Shown one piece after another: positions 14,152 through 26,975 of a stretch of 64,000 bases of DNA (position 1 is its first letter; each line of letters starts with the position of its first letter). Position numbers and translations under genes: made by a program. Source of the DNA: Prorocentrum cordatum. Lineage: Eukaryota. The notes below the pieces were generated by a model, which saw only the letters and a program-made list of their open reading frames with translations, did not search any database and was not told the DNA's origin. Location of the stretch: contig CAUYUJ010000323.1 in assembly GCA_963575745.1 (NCBI GenBank), forward strand, positions 1 to 64,000, read 5' to 3'.

Positions 14152-14198
14152 CAGGGGGCGACGACCATAGGGCGTCGCTCTTGTTGCCACGGTTGATG

Positions 14199-14705
14199 TC
14201 CTCCTCCTCCTCCTCTTCCTCCTGCTCCTCCTCCTCCTCCTCCTCCTCCTCCTCCTCCTCCTCCTCCTCCGCCTCCTCCCTCTCCCCCTCCTCCTCTTCT
14301 CTTCCTCCTCCTGCTCCTCCTCCTCTGCCGCTTCCTCCTCCTTCTCCCCCTCCCCCTCCCCCTGCTTCTCGCTGGCCCACTGCGGGATGGCGCTCCTCAC
14401 GGTGGTGCAACAAGGTCCTTTTCGATAGCCGCACCCGGTTTTTTGTGTTGTTCTCCTTCCGACCTCTTCCTATTCCATCTTCTTCCTCGTTCAACCTCTT
14501 CATCCTCTTCCTCTTAGTCTTATGTTTCTTCTAATTATTATTATTCTTATCATCATTATTCGTATTATTATTATTCCTCTTCCTCTTCCATCCTCTTCCT
14601 CTTCCTCTTCCTCTTCCATCCTCGTCATCTTCCATCCTCTTCCTCTTTCATCCGCGTCCTCGTCCTCTTCCATCCTCTCCCTCTCCCTCCGACTCTTCCT
14701 CTCCG
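14199..14705. repeat. (CCT)n/(CTT)n low-complexity tract
   Basis: Directly visible. Confidence 0.9.
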
Positions 14706-17700
14706 TCAGGCTTGTCACGAGAATCACCGTGCCATCTCATGGCTGATATCTATATATATATACATATATATATACGTATATATATACATATATATATAGA
14801 TGTATGTAGTGACGTATTGGCGCCAGATGCTGATCTAAGAGATGTGCCATAGATGAACGCGTTAATGACTATTTCTCTTAAGCGCCACCCCCAACGCAAT
14901 ATTGAAGATGTTGTCCATGCTATTGTTGAACTGCATCGGCAACTCATGTGATTGCGCTCAGTGTGTTCTCCCCCGCTGACGTCCCAGATCCTTTATTTCC
15001 TGAAACATTTGATCCACTGTCGTCATCTAGCCCACCCGTTTCATGAAGTGGGCTGTGGACGCTATGTTTTCTTAATGTTTAACAGGGTTACCAGGCAAAC
15101 GCATCGATGTGGTATCGATGTGTATTGTGTAAGAGACGGACTGGTACTATCCTTGATTATTGTTCCTCATCCCCCGTCGTGGATGATATCCAAGGCGCAT
15201 ACGAAACAGTGCAGGATCGCCTGGCAAGGGGTTGCGCCAGAGAACACGCAGCAGGCATACCCCGAGTCGACCACGCCATATCCCAGGTAGCTCCAAAAGA
15301 ATATCCAGCACCTTGAGGCACGCTCAATCCTACAAAAAGGAACTGGCTGACAGCCAATTGCAATTTAGAGCTGCGTCGCGCTGCTGTTTTGCATTGCGAG
15401 CAGGTCAACATGAATCAACACAACGCAGATCAAGGCAACGCCGCAACATGAACATAGAGGACGAAGGTGCGGAGGGCGGAGGAGGTGTACGCTTGCGGCG
15501 CGGACCCAGTGGACACATCCGTCCGATTCAGCATGCGCGCGCATGCGGATGGATGACGGTGCGACCACCACCGTCGGCCTGGAACAACCTGGGGCTTTAA
15601 TCGCTCTGTCGGGGCTACCTGGTACCGGCATTCATGCGCGCTGCGCGCCGTTGTCGCAGTTTGCTTGCTGGGCAGTGAAGATGCGCCACGACCGCGTGCA
15701 GTTGGTGCTGTGCTTTGCTCGGCCTCCAGTCAGCTCTGACTCGTGGTTATCTCGTAGGCGTGGCGGAGAAAGGGGAGGAGGTGGACGAAGAGTAGGGGGC
15801 GGAGGGGCGGAAGGGGAGGAGGAGGAGAAGGAAAAGGACAGGAGAAGGGAGGGGGGACAGGAAGTGAGACATTCGAGCTTATTGATCATGGCTGCGGTTA
15901 CTTCGCGACGGCAGGGCCGCGGCCGAGTGCCAAGCGCGCGCTCCGAACGTGAAGTCGCGACGATGAGTGCTTCTTCTTCGGGGAATTGTCCCGTGCACCT
16001 TCGCTGATCACAGCTGCGCCAGCATTGGGCGAGAGAAGGAGCATGAGAAGGGGAACGCGAGGACGAGCATGATGCGGAGTACCAGTCGGAGGAGGAGGCC
16101 AACAACAAGGACGAGGGAGATTAACGTGAAGAGGTGCGGGGGACGGCGGCATTGGAAGTGTCGAGCGTAAATGAGATGCGGAGGGAAAAACAACGACGAG
16201 GTGGGATGGTGAGGAGAATGGATCGGCAGAAGAAGGGGGACAGGGAGACAAGGGGTGCACTGGCTAGGATGTAAACGTCCGCGGAACAGAAGGGCCCAGT
16301 GGACACATCATCCGATTCAGCGTGGGAAGGATCAACATGCACATTGCCGTGCTAGTAACAAGCCGCTACCATGTCCATCTGTATACGTAATATATTGTGT
16401 CGAGGAGCGGATCGCATCCATGCCCAGTCGTCATGCTAGGCGCAAAGCATGCGCCACAACCGCGCGCAAACAAGTCTGCGTTCTGCTCACTGCTGTCAGG
16501 AGTCGTGGCGAGGGGGAGCGAAGAGTAGGATGAGCATAATGATGCACAACATGGATCCCAGCAAAGTGCACATTAATTCACCATGAACTGATGACGCGAT
16601 GCTGAGTCCTCCTCCTCCTCCTCGATCCTCCTCCTCCTACTCCTACTCCTCCTGCTCCTCGTCTTTCTTGGTCCTCATCCTCTCTTCGATCCTCGATCGT
16701 CCTCTTCGATCCTCCGCCTCGTTGAACCTCCTCTTTGGCCTTTGGCCTTGCAATGGGTAGGCAATCCTCCTCCCCGTCCTCGGTCCTCCTCTTCGGTCTG
16801 GCAACATCAAGGCACGTGTCGAATCTCGCAACACGTTCCATTGTCAAACTTAGAGGTGTGGGATTCTTTGATCAGAAGACCGTTGTCTGGTGCACGCGCG
16901 GTCAGCCTGGGCGCGGTGGGTGTTGCGCTGATGCTGGCTATTCTTCACCCTGCGAGGTGGCATCGCATTGCAACGCGGCATCGCGGCATCCCCTCCTTTC
17001 ATCTTCTCTTCCTTCCCCTTCTCCTCCTCCTCCTCCTCCTCTTCCTCCTCCTCCTCCTCCTCCTCTTCGGTCCCCCTCCAGAAGGGGGCGGCAGCGCATA
17101 GAACAGGGTGGTCCATCGGAGGGGGCGGCGGCGTGTAATCAACGATGCAGTACCTCTCCACGACGAGGTTGATGGGACGGCCCCCGCCGCAGCGGAGTAC
17201 TGCGAACGCGTCACGGACGTGACTACCAACGAGGACCAGCACGACACGTTCGAGGTGGCCGGCGCCGTCGACACCGGGAAGATCGAGCTGGACCAGTCGA
17301 GCGAGCTGGACACAGACATCGACAACTCAGATACTGATTATTATTCAGACCCGCTCTTGGCGGGAGGACGTGGGGGTATGTATGCACAAAGACGTCGGGG
17401 GAACGATCAAGCTGCAGTACTCACCCAACTGGCGCTCATGGAGGAGCGACTGCGGGACTTGACGGGTCAAGTTCGTGGGAGCAGTCAGACATCCAAGACG
17501 AGAGCCAAGCAGCGAACTTCAGACAGTTTCACGGAGAAGACCAACAGACGCAAGGATCCTAGGCTGCTGGTGCGGATCAAACGACTCATTCGCCAAGCGG
17601 ATGAACAGGACCAACCTCCGACCCACAAGGAGGTGGTCGCGACGCTCACACACTTGCTGGACGACACTCGGGGCAAGAAGAACACAGACAAAAATGCCGC

Positions 17701-18944
17701 GACGAAGAGTACGGGGAAAGGTACTTCGACGTCGCCTAATACCACACACAAGCTCCTCCAACACCCGTGGGGAAACCTCGGCGGTCTGGCAGGCAGCTCA
17801 CATCAAAGACAAAGAGTATGATCCACAGGCTCCACCTGTGATCGCATGCAAGGGGAAGATCCAGTACGATCAGGCCGTGGACTGGCTGAAGGCGAGAGGT
17901 CTCACCAACCCCACGGCCACGTATGTGCTCTTCGACGAAGCCACCAAGTACGAGGGCTGGGACCACATCGACGTCGCGGTCGAAGCCAAGGGTGGAGGGG
18001 CCACTCTTGTTCCAGCACAGATTCTACGCACGGGCCAGAAGACTCCACAGAAGACGGGCCTTCCCAAGGGTGTGAAGGACGATGTTGAGATTCCAGTTTC
18101 CACGGACAAGCCAGTTGCGGTGCGGATCACAGTTGCTCAGCCCCAGATTGGTTATACGCCGAGGCCGAAGAGAATCCAATTGCGCTGCCAGCACTCATCA
18201 TGAGTGCCAGTCTCACCAAGTACATTCTCAAAACAAAGGGAGCCATGGCCTACGAGACGGAGGTCACGGCGATTTTGATTGTTCAGGCGCCCCACATCGA
18301 GGACATCATGAAGTATCCACTACCAGATGGAGTTTTCCTCAATAGACAGGGGACATCACTTGTCCCATCGTGGCACAGGCTCAGGGATGACGAGCAGGCC
18401 ACCGACTATTTCAAGCGAGTCCAGACAGCAGCACAGGCAGCGTCTGGACGACTGGTGTACCGCCCATCGGAGAACAGTTCACTCGGTGTCATCTCGGCCA
18501 ATGTTGTAAGCGCTGCAGATATTCAACCAAGATGGCTTCTCCAACGTACACCCACATCATGGTCCCAGGAGGAAGAAGTCAAAGCATGGGCCTTGGATCG
18601 AGGATTCAAAAATGTGAATAGCTTTGCACGTTGTGGCACGAGGCGCTGGTTCATTCGCGCCGATCTCGACCAACTGGAAAGCGGCAGAGTTCTTGAGTTC
18701 AAATCAGGGGCGATGGCAAGCTTGGCGGCTCCACGCAGGGGGAGCTCCAGACCACCACCGACGAAGTCACCTAAGACGGCGTGGGGCACTCCGAGCCCGA
18801 CCCGACACCACACAGGAGCTCCCCCTGCGGCTGCCACACCGCAGGCAGATGCGGACGGAGACGCCACGATGACGAACGCGGAGAACGACGGCGATGGCGA
18901 GCCCAAGCCCAAGGAGCCGAAGCAGACCACGCCAAGCAAAGCAC

Positions 18945-19440
18945 CATGGGAAGCATATTTCAAGCAGCGAGAGTGTGGAGCAAAGGGGATTGTTTCTATG
19001 TCTCGGCAGGTTTCTATTTCAATTCTCTCCAGCCAGCGGGAGGCAAATCAGGCAAGAAGCTCCCGTTGGAGGCCGACCTAGGCCCAGGAGGGAAGATCCA
19101 AGCAGCACTACGAGCAAAGGTTGCAGCGGAGATGCTCAAGCAGAAGTTACCCCAGAAGGATGCTGACGACCAGGCCAAAGCGGGAACGTATGCGACATCA
19201 GCCGCCATTAAAGCAACAGCGACAGCAGTACCATGTGATTATCTCATCTGGAAGAAGCAGGGTACTGGTTGGACGCTGTTTTCAGCACCAGCCGGCATCA
19301 AGACGAAGCACAAATGTTGGATGACCTTGGTGGACAAGCATATCCAGCTACTGGTTGGAACAGCTCCAGTACCCACGGACATCGAAGCCGAATGGAAGAA
19401 GAATGCCAGGCCATATCTGCATCACTTTTCTGGAGGAGGA
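18945..19440 (+). pseudogene. OTU-like cysteine protease domain within the LINE
   Basis: ECGAKGDCFY (Cys codon 18991-18993, 1-nt frameshift in the G run), LRAKVAAEM helix, GTYA...AIKA, WMTLVDKHIQLL (His codon 19339-19341). Confidence 0.7.
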
Positions 19441-21326
19441 TGAGCCACGACTATCGAGAAGAAGGCTGGACAGGGTCAGGGCCATTTTGATGACGCGGAC
19501 CACCCGACACCAGCCCCCAAGAAGACGCAGTCGTCGAGCTCTCTGTCCTCGGCAGCGGCCCTGGCATTATTTGAAGCCCCGACGCCTTCGGGGAAATCGA
19601 TTTCGACACGGCGAGTTCAGAGTACCTTCGGCATGGCCACGCCGAAGACCAAGCCCATCTCATCAAGACGAGTGGAGACTATTTTGAATCACAGCCCGAT
19701 GCCTTCCCCGCTGCCGATGTTGACGGAATCGTACAAACATTGGCATTGCCCCTGTGGCAAGTGGAAGCCCGACCCGCAGCAGTCTGCCCAGCAGAGGTGG
19801 ACAGAGGTCAAGAAGCACTGGCGCATCTGTCAAGGCGAAGATCCACCCAAGGAACCTGCTGATGTTCGACGTCATCGGTTGGGCAAAGGGGGGCTATCGG
19901 TTGCAGCCATGAATAAAGCCAAAAGAGACAAAGCATGGAGACGCCTTCAGCTCTGGAGGGCCGAGCTCACGCCTGCTCAGCGTGAGGCTGCCTGTGATCC
20001 TGGTGAGGGATCGGCCAGGACTGCGCAGCACACCCGCATGATGAGCACTCACTACGCCTGCATCAAGTGTGGCAGGCAGCTACGCCTTGCCAAGTTCCGC
20101 GGCTACCCCTGCAAGCGGCGCCCAGAGGGGGTCACCCTCCAGATGGGCACGGCCAGACTTGTGGGAGAGGAGGTTGCCAAGAAGCGAGTTGCCGACTCCG
20201 CCAGGCGGGTGAAGCAGCACTGGAAGAAGTCCTCCAAGGCCCCAGGCTACTACGCCAAGTACTACGAGCGCTACGGGAGGAAGCAGTACGAACGCAAGGA
20301 ACGGCTACGACGTGAAGCACTGGGGCTACCGACGGTGTGCAAGCGATCACCGGTGCTAAGGAAGCCGGCAGCCCACGACGAGCTGAGCCAACTCTGACGG
20401 GATCCGCTCCTGTGCGGAGGGCGCTCCACACAGGGGCCGACACCACCAAGCAAGCGACAAAAGGCAGCAGCCTCAAGCCAGCAACCCACGGTCTCACGAC
20501 CCACCGACTCCTCAGCCCATCCGAGAGAACCACCACCCAAAAAAGCACGAGCCACTACGCCGAATTCAAGGGCTGTATCTGCAGATCCGAATTCAAGCGC
20601 TGTATTTGCAGTGGCCAATGAGCATGTACAACAAGTTTCTGATGCAGTTTCTGCGCGCCCTTCGAGTCCCATACCGAAGGCTAAACGTTCTCGCACCTCG
20701 CGGGGATTGGCGACTGGTTCATCCTTACCTTTGCCTACGCCTACCTGTACAGCCTCGGCCTCAGGTACTGCGACTGCTGGTTCACCCTCGACACTGATTT
20801 CACCTACCTGTACAGCTTCGGCCACAGGTACTGCAGCTACGGGTACACCGACGACACCACCGACGCCAACTGGTATCTCGCCTACGCCAACGGCTTGTCC
20901 TACGGCAGCGAGCTCACAGTCAGAACGCACTGGCAAGGGACCCTCGGGGCCCCTCTCTGCCAGTATTCCTAGGGGTCAGAACGCAAGTCCTGGTCTCGGG
21001 TGCTCCTCGAGCTCGGGCCCGGCACCGTTGCCACATGCTGGACATGGGTCAGAACGCACTGGCAAGGGGCAAGTGTATAGGTCCCCCTCTGCCAACTCCA
21101 GAAGTTCAGGCGCAAAGATCGCAAGTCCTGGTCGCGACTGGCTTTTGCCGACGTCTGCTTCCCAGGCTACGTCGCCACGTGCTGGGCAGCCACTTGCTGG
21201 ACAAAGCCCTGGCCCTGGTGCTCCTCGAGCCCAGGCCAGGCACAGCCCAAGCGTCAGAGGCTGGAGGAGGAGTTGGCTCCTGAGGACATCTTCCCGACAG
21301 CGGAGCCGAGCGCTGGCGCCACCAAG

Positions 21327-21965
21327 CTTCAAGTATGCACGATCAATGTTATCAGTATTTCAAAAGCGAGACTTATCACGATCCTGGAGGCACTATTTGT
21401 ATCCACAGCAACAGTTCTTTGTCTCCAGGAGATACGTCATCATGAAATATGACCACGATGGATATTTCAGACGGCCATGAGATATGGGTGGAGCATTGCC
21501 TGCCCAGATCCACCACCAACGCAGGAGCGGGGCACGGTGCGACAGGGGGGCTGCGCTATCCTATGGCGCCGCTCACTGGGCAAGATCACCGTCATCCGCC
21601 ACAAGGACCTCGGCCACCGTATGGTCGGGATACGCTGTGCTACCGCTACGTTTATGTCCGTCTACGGCCCAGTGGGAGGGGGCAGAGCTTGGTTTCAGCA
21701 CGCATTCGAATATTTCCAATCGTTGGGACATCTTGGCCATCCAGTGTACACCATTGGAGATCTCAATTGGCGTCCTCTTTACTCCGCCTGGGCCACGCGA
21801 TGGCGCATGAGGACGGTGCGAAGAGGCACAGAGACATCCACCACGGCAGCAGGTACTTGTCCGACGAGAGCCCTGCTGTGGGGAGAAGGAGTTGCACCAG
21901 AGCAGATCACGACGCACCTGCTGCCAGGCATCCCGCACCACGCATTGGTAGGATACGTGCTAAGC
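21327..21965 (+). pseudogene. APE-type endonuclease domain of the second LINE
   Basis: LQVCTINV, VLCLQEIR, GGCAILW, MSVYGP, TIGDLNW, GIPHHALV; one in-frame TGA near 21450. Confidence 0.88.
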
Positions 21966-22739
21966 ATCACACCGCCAATCCGACACCAACCCGACTTAGA
22001 CGCACGGCAACATACATATTAGAGCGCAGCCCCAACGACGGGGAAAGAGAGCGATTCCAAGAGCTACTCGATCAGGAGGTGCCCCCCCCCCGCTACCTGA
22101 ACGAAGACACCGACCCCCCGCTGCTCGACCGCTGGCACTACTGGCACATGAGGGCGGAGAAGGCGCTGAGGCTGGCAGTCGAGCATGGCTTGCTATCAGT
22201 GCAAAGCGAAGCTGAGAGGGACAAAGGCTCACAGCCAACCTCACGGCCCACATCACACTCCCCAGCACACAGACCCGACGAGACGATCGCCCTGCGACGG
22301 CTCCGACGACTGCACCGACTGCTGGCAGAAACCCTACGCCAAGGAGCTCCAGGAGCCACCAGACTGGAGACCAAGCACTACACTCAGCTTGCTGCCGCAG
22401 CAGTGGACGGATTGGTCCAAGTCATGGCAGTAGGCATCCCGACCTACGCTGATGCGCTGGACTGGATCTCACAGGGGATCACCATCGAGCAGTACCAGAT
22501 GCAGAAGAGGAGTGGCGCGCAGTGGCGACAGCGTTTCGCGAGCTGGAGCAACGACGTGTGGAAAGCGGCCACCCCACTCTTCAAGGGAGGCCAGCCAGCA
22601 CCAGCCCACGCCGCCACAAACATCCGCGAGCAGTGGGCCAAGCATTGGAAGCCAGGCAACTACGACCACACGGGTTACGTGAACGCATGGAGGCAACACG
22701 CCTCGGCAGTAGCCTTCCCGAAGTCGTCACACGCACAGG

Positions 22740-23590
22740 ACTGGATGCCCACGCTGGATACCTTTGCGGCAGCAGCCCGACAAGCCAAAGGATGCCCTGG
22801 ACTCGACGGCTGGACAAGTCGCGAGGTCAAGGCGTTGGAGAAGATATACCCCACCATCATCGAAGAGCTGTACGACATGTGGGTCATGACATCACAACAA
22901 GCAGTGGAGCTCCGAGGTAGACTACCCCCAGATGTGTTGCACGCCATATTTTCCAGGCGGGCAGCTGGCACCCCGAAGAACGAGGAGGCCACCTGTCCCA
23001 TCTCTGTGGGATCCGTGCTGCTGAGAGCGTGGCTACGGGCCCTGGCGACGGCATCAGCTTCTCCTCCAGACTTGCAGTGGGCCAACCGCAGACATACATC
23101 GGTGGTGCACGCTGTCTCTAAGTGGCTGAAAGATTGCACGGCAGGTCAGTGTGGCGCGGAGATGGACCTCTCAGCGTGCTTCGACCAAGTGGACCACGAC
23201 CTGGCCTTGAAAGCGGCTGACCACTCAGCCATGCCGTATGCCGTCATGTACACATGCTACGCCGCGTGGAAGGGCCCGAGGATCTGCTGTATTCAGGGCG
23301 AGCTCGCACCACCACTGGACCCGTGCCGAGGCTTACCTCAGGGTGACAGCGCGGCACCTTGCACACTCATATCGACGCTAGTACCATGGGTACCGATATC
23401 ACAGGGACATGCTTTCATGGACGACAGCCTGGTGGCGCAGAATACCGACGATCTCGACAGGGACTTGCAGCTGACACAACAGTTCGACACGTCTATTGGG
23501 TATTGCGAGAACCAGAGTAAAAGGCAACGCTGGAGTATCGATGGCCCTGTTCCTGTCCAAGTGGAACATCTGGGCGTTCTGGCTACTTCT
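22740..23590 (+). pseudogene. Reverse transcriptase domain of the second LINE
   Basis: PGLDGW, CPISVGSVLLRAW, EMDLSACFDQVDH, RGLPQGDSAAP, AFMDD, EHLGV; downstream CKRC...HAFAEC finger near 24317-24369. Confidence 0.93.
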
Positions 23591-24895
23591 ACAGACCACA
23601 CCGTCCCCATCATCCCGAGGGGCGGCTGGCAGAAGCTCGAGACCGCCATCTCAGTGCTGGCCGCCATCCCAGGCAGCCACCAAGGACGACTCAGGTTGGC
23701 CTTCGCATCTGTGAGGCCGCTTTGGACATGGGCGTTGCCTATTGCGACACCGCCACCAAGAAGATTTGCGAAACTACTGAGCAGAGCCCTGTGGAAGACG
23801 GGTTCGCGATGGTGGTGTTTCGGGCGCTATTGGGTGCAAAACGTTTTGTTGCATCCTGAACATTCAGCTGCTATTCTTGGATTTCGAAAGTTAGTGGATG
23901 GGAGACTGGTGTGGAGTGATTTCTTGACACGACCCTCTCAGAGTACGCTCGAGCATTGGGAGTATCCTTTATTCGTTATTCGCCCACCCAGGGCGCTATT
24001 CTCCAAGTGGACTCGCGTGACGATTTCAGGGTTAGGCATGCAGTTGAGCATGTTGTGGGCGACGACTGGAGGTTCAGCACGAACAGCAAGGCAGCCCAGC
24101 ATGCTCTTAGAAGCATTGCACGCATCAGATGCCTCCAGCAAGTGGTGCGAACAAGATACGACGCCGAGGAGATTGATGACGTGGACGTTCAGGCATCTTC
24201 TAGCAAAATATATTCCAAGTGGCTGTTGAGCCTGAGCGAGGAAGACAGCACTCTCTTGGCGGTCTTCAGATCGGGGGCGGTGACCTCCGAGACAAGACGA
24301 CGCACGGGATTTGATTGCAAGCGCTGTGGAGCATCGACTCCAAGTTTTCGCCACGCCTTCGCCGAGTGCCCCAGACATGCCGGCGAACCACGAGTTGTGG
24401 AAGACCGCTATGATATACCCCCGACATTTTGGACAAGTGTGCCGAGGGTGACAAGCAAAAGCTGTTGGATTGTGGTTTCTCAAGATGACTGTCCTCATGT
24501 ACGTGCGAGAATGCTCACGGCGACCTGCGCCTTTGGGCTGAGCATACTCAAGAAAGGAAGTGACGACATGCTCACCGACCCCACGCCTCCACCCCGGACG
24601 CGTGGTCCGGCGAGGTTTGTTCACTAACATGTTACGTATGAGATTATCCCACATGGTCAGGATATTTCATTCAACTTTTCTCTCTGACGGCGGCGTGTAA
24701 ACACGGGTGTTTTTGTCAAACCGGGTGCTGGGATTGTAGACATCGGTGCTGTTGCTGATGGGTGCGGCGGCGCATAGAAGGGCGTGGACCCCTTGACGGG
24801 GTGATGGGGGTTGATGGCGGTGCTGCTGATGCTGGTAGTGGTGATGAGGATGATGCTGCTGCTGATGATGATGATGGTGATCATCAGTATCATCG

Positions 24896-24941
<46 letters not shown>

Positions 24942-26786
24942 CATCATGGTAGCGGTGATGGGTCCTCCCCTCTCGACGGCTCGATGAGGGGTCGACAGGG
25001 GTGATTATTCTGAGGAGGTGGTCCCTCGGATGGAGCGGCGGCACGTGGGAAGGGGCGGCCCCTCCGACGGCGCGGTGGGTGGCTCAAAGGGGGGTGATCT
25101 TTCGAATTGGGCGGCTGCGCACAAGAAAAGCTGTAGTTTGGACTCTCTCTTCGGCCATTTTGATCACCGCTCTGATCGCTCGGGGTCTGCTGGCAAGACC
25201 CGGCTGAGCGCCCTGGGAGGTCCGGGATGAGCCGGTGGACTTTCGGCATCGGTGTCTAGGGGGCCTGGAAACCCCGGATCTTGGGGGTCCAGTTTTTTGG
25301 GGGGTCCTCCCCGGCTTGCAAACAGATAGGAGGAGGAATATTCCCATCCATTTATTTTTATTATTTGGGACCCCCCCCCCCCGAAATCGGCCCCCGAATC
25401 CCGGGTCCCCGGGATCCTGTGGACGCCCCGGATCTGTGGCCCCGGGGACCCCCTGGACGCCCTTGCAGGAGGCCACCCAGGCGTTTCAGAGCTCCTGGAA
25501 GCCCTCGCTGGGCCTAGGCAACTGGCCAAAATCGGGCAGGAGGGCGGCCGAACGCCCCCCCGAGGGCCCAAAGAGGCACCAGACACCCACCAGACGCCCG
25601 AAGTCGACCAAAAGAATACTTCCAAGAGGCTTCCAGCAGAAAAGCGTTGATTTCCAAGGTCTTTGCATGATTTGGGGACTGCCCTGTTCTTCGGCCTTCC
25701 GGGCGGGCGTCCGGGACCGCTTGGGAGGCTCGAGAATCGCCCCAAAGACCACCCGAAAGGGCGTCCAGGCTTCCAAGGGAGCCCCAAGACGGCACAACGG
25801 GGTTCCAAGAGTGCCTAAGAGAGCCCCATGACGGCCCAAGATGGCCCCAAGACGCCCTCCGAAGCATTTCGAATCGTGACCCCGTCGTTCAGGGAGAGCG
25901 CGATTGGAGGCAGGTGGACCCGAGGAAGCCTCCAGAGGCCCCCAGACGACGCCCAGGAGGCCTCCAGAAGGCTTTCAGGAATAAGGAAGCTTGAACCATT
26001 TCCGTGAGGCCCCCAGAGGCTTTCCCAACCGCAAAAAGAGCTGAGGAGGATGGGGAAGAATTCGCAGGGTAGGGCGAGAATGAGCAGAAAGAAACATGGA
26101 GGAAGGAACACATTCGATTATTTCGCATCTCACGCTGACGACTGAGACGCTTGTGGGGCAATTTTCCTCAGCTCAGGCCTGCTCTTCCCCTGAACAAGAA
26201 AAACGTGGGCCACATCCGACGTGAACGCGAAGTTCAAATTTCCAGCGCCGGTATATACGATTGGACCGATTGGGCGACATTTACGCTTCGCTTCGACGAC
26301 CGACGCTGACGAAGTTGATCAATGGCTTTCATCCGTGCGAACGTTTGTCGCAGTCTGCCTGCTCGGCGCAGAAGGTGCGCGACGACCTCGCGCAATTGGC
26401 TATGCGTGTTGCTTGCGTTTTACCGCGGAAGGAGGAACCCCACACCAATTGAATGTGCTACCATAAGCGTACATCAAAAAATGGTAACAAGCAAGCTAAC
26501 CATCATCAGAGGGATCAGCCTTCTCGCGCTGTCTCTTGTCAAGGGCCCGTTGCCTAAGCGTTTCAGCTTGGGCGCGAGAGGATAACCCAAAAAGCGCCGC
26601 GGAAGGAGGAGGGGGAGGAGGAGGAGGAGGAGGAGGAGGAGGAGGAGGAGGAGGAGGAGGGGGAGGGGGAGGAGGAGGAGGAGGAGGAGGAGGAGGTGGA
26701 GGAGAAGAGAGGAGGAGGAGGAGGAGAGAGGAGGATCAAGCGGACGAACGGGGAGGAGAAAGAGAAAACGGAGAAGGAGGAGGAAG

Positions 26787-26975
26787 ACCAGTGTAAACCC
26801 GAGAGGCATCAACGATGTTGGAATAAACCATCCCTCCAATATCCTTCTTCGTTGGCCACATACAACGGTTCATGTTTACTGAGGGAACTGCCTCGTTGGA
26901 AGACATCTGTTTGCAAAATATTGTTCTCGGGATTCCAACGCCACGGGTCAACCTGACTGCTGCATCTTGACGATC
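26787..26975 (-). repeat. Dispersed ~200-bp repeat ending in (CCT)n, copy B
   Basis: Reverse complement of 5395-5602; abuts (GGA)n at 26600-26786. Confidence 0.85.

Larger units (their letters stand above)
7160..14198 (+). mobile_element. Apparently full-length non-LTR retrotransposon (LINE; APE-RT-RNase H type), decayed
   Basis: ORF1 and ORF2 domains in canonical order, bounded on both sides by (CCT)n; multiple stops and frameshifts. Confidence 0.92.
17141..24627 (+). pseudogene. Decayed LINE polyprotein (~2,500 codons once frameshifts and stops are bridged)
   Basis: ORFs 18781-19443, 19633-20397 and 20611-21480 are in one frame, separated only by single TGA codons (19441, 20395); other pieces join by single frameshifts. 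Confidence 0.75.
17139..24687 (+). mobile_element. 5'-truncated LINE with OTU-like protease, APE, RT and CCHC finger; 13-bp TSD
   Basis: CGGCGGCGTGTAA at both 17126-17138 and 24688-24700; reading frame already open at the 5' junction; ~60-nt 3' UTR ending TTTTCTCTCTGA with no poly(A). Confidence 0.9.

Noticed and set aside
15080..15300. Possible RT remnant (DDIQGAYETV resembles DxxxAFDxV)
   Set aside because: A single weak motif with no flanking RT motifs recoverable by eye.
25270..25405. MITE suggested by G-run/C-run inverted symmetry
   Set aside because: The match is mostly homopolymer-driven and no ends or TSD could be defined.
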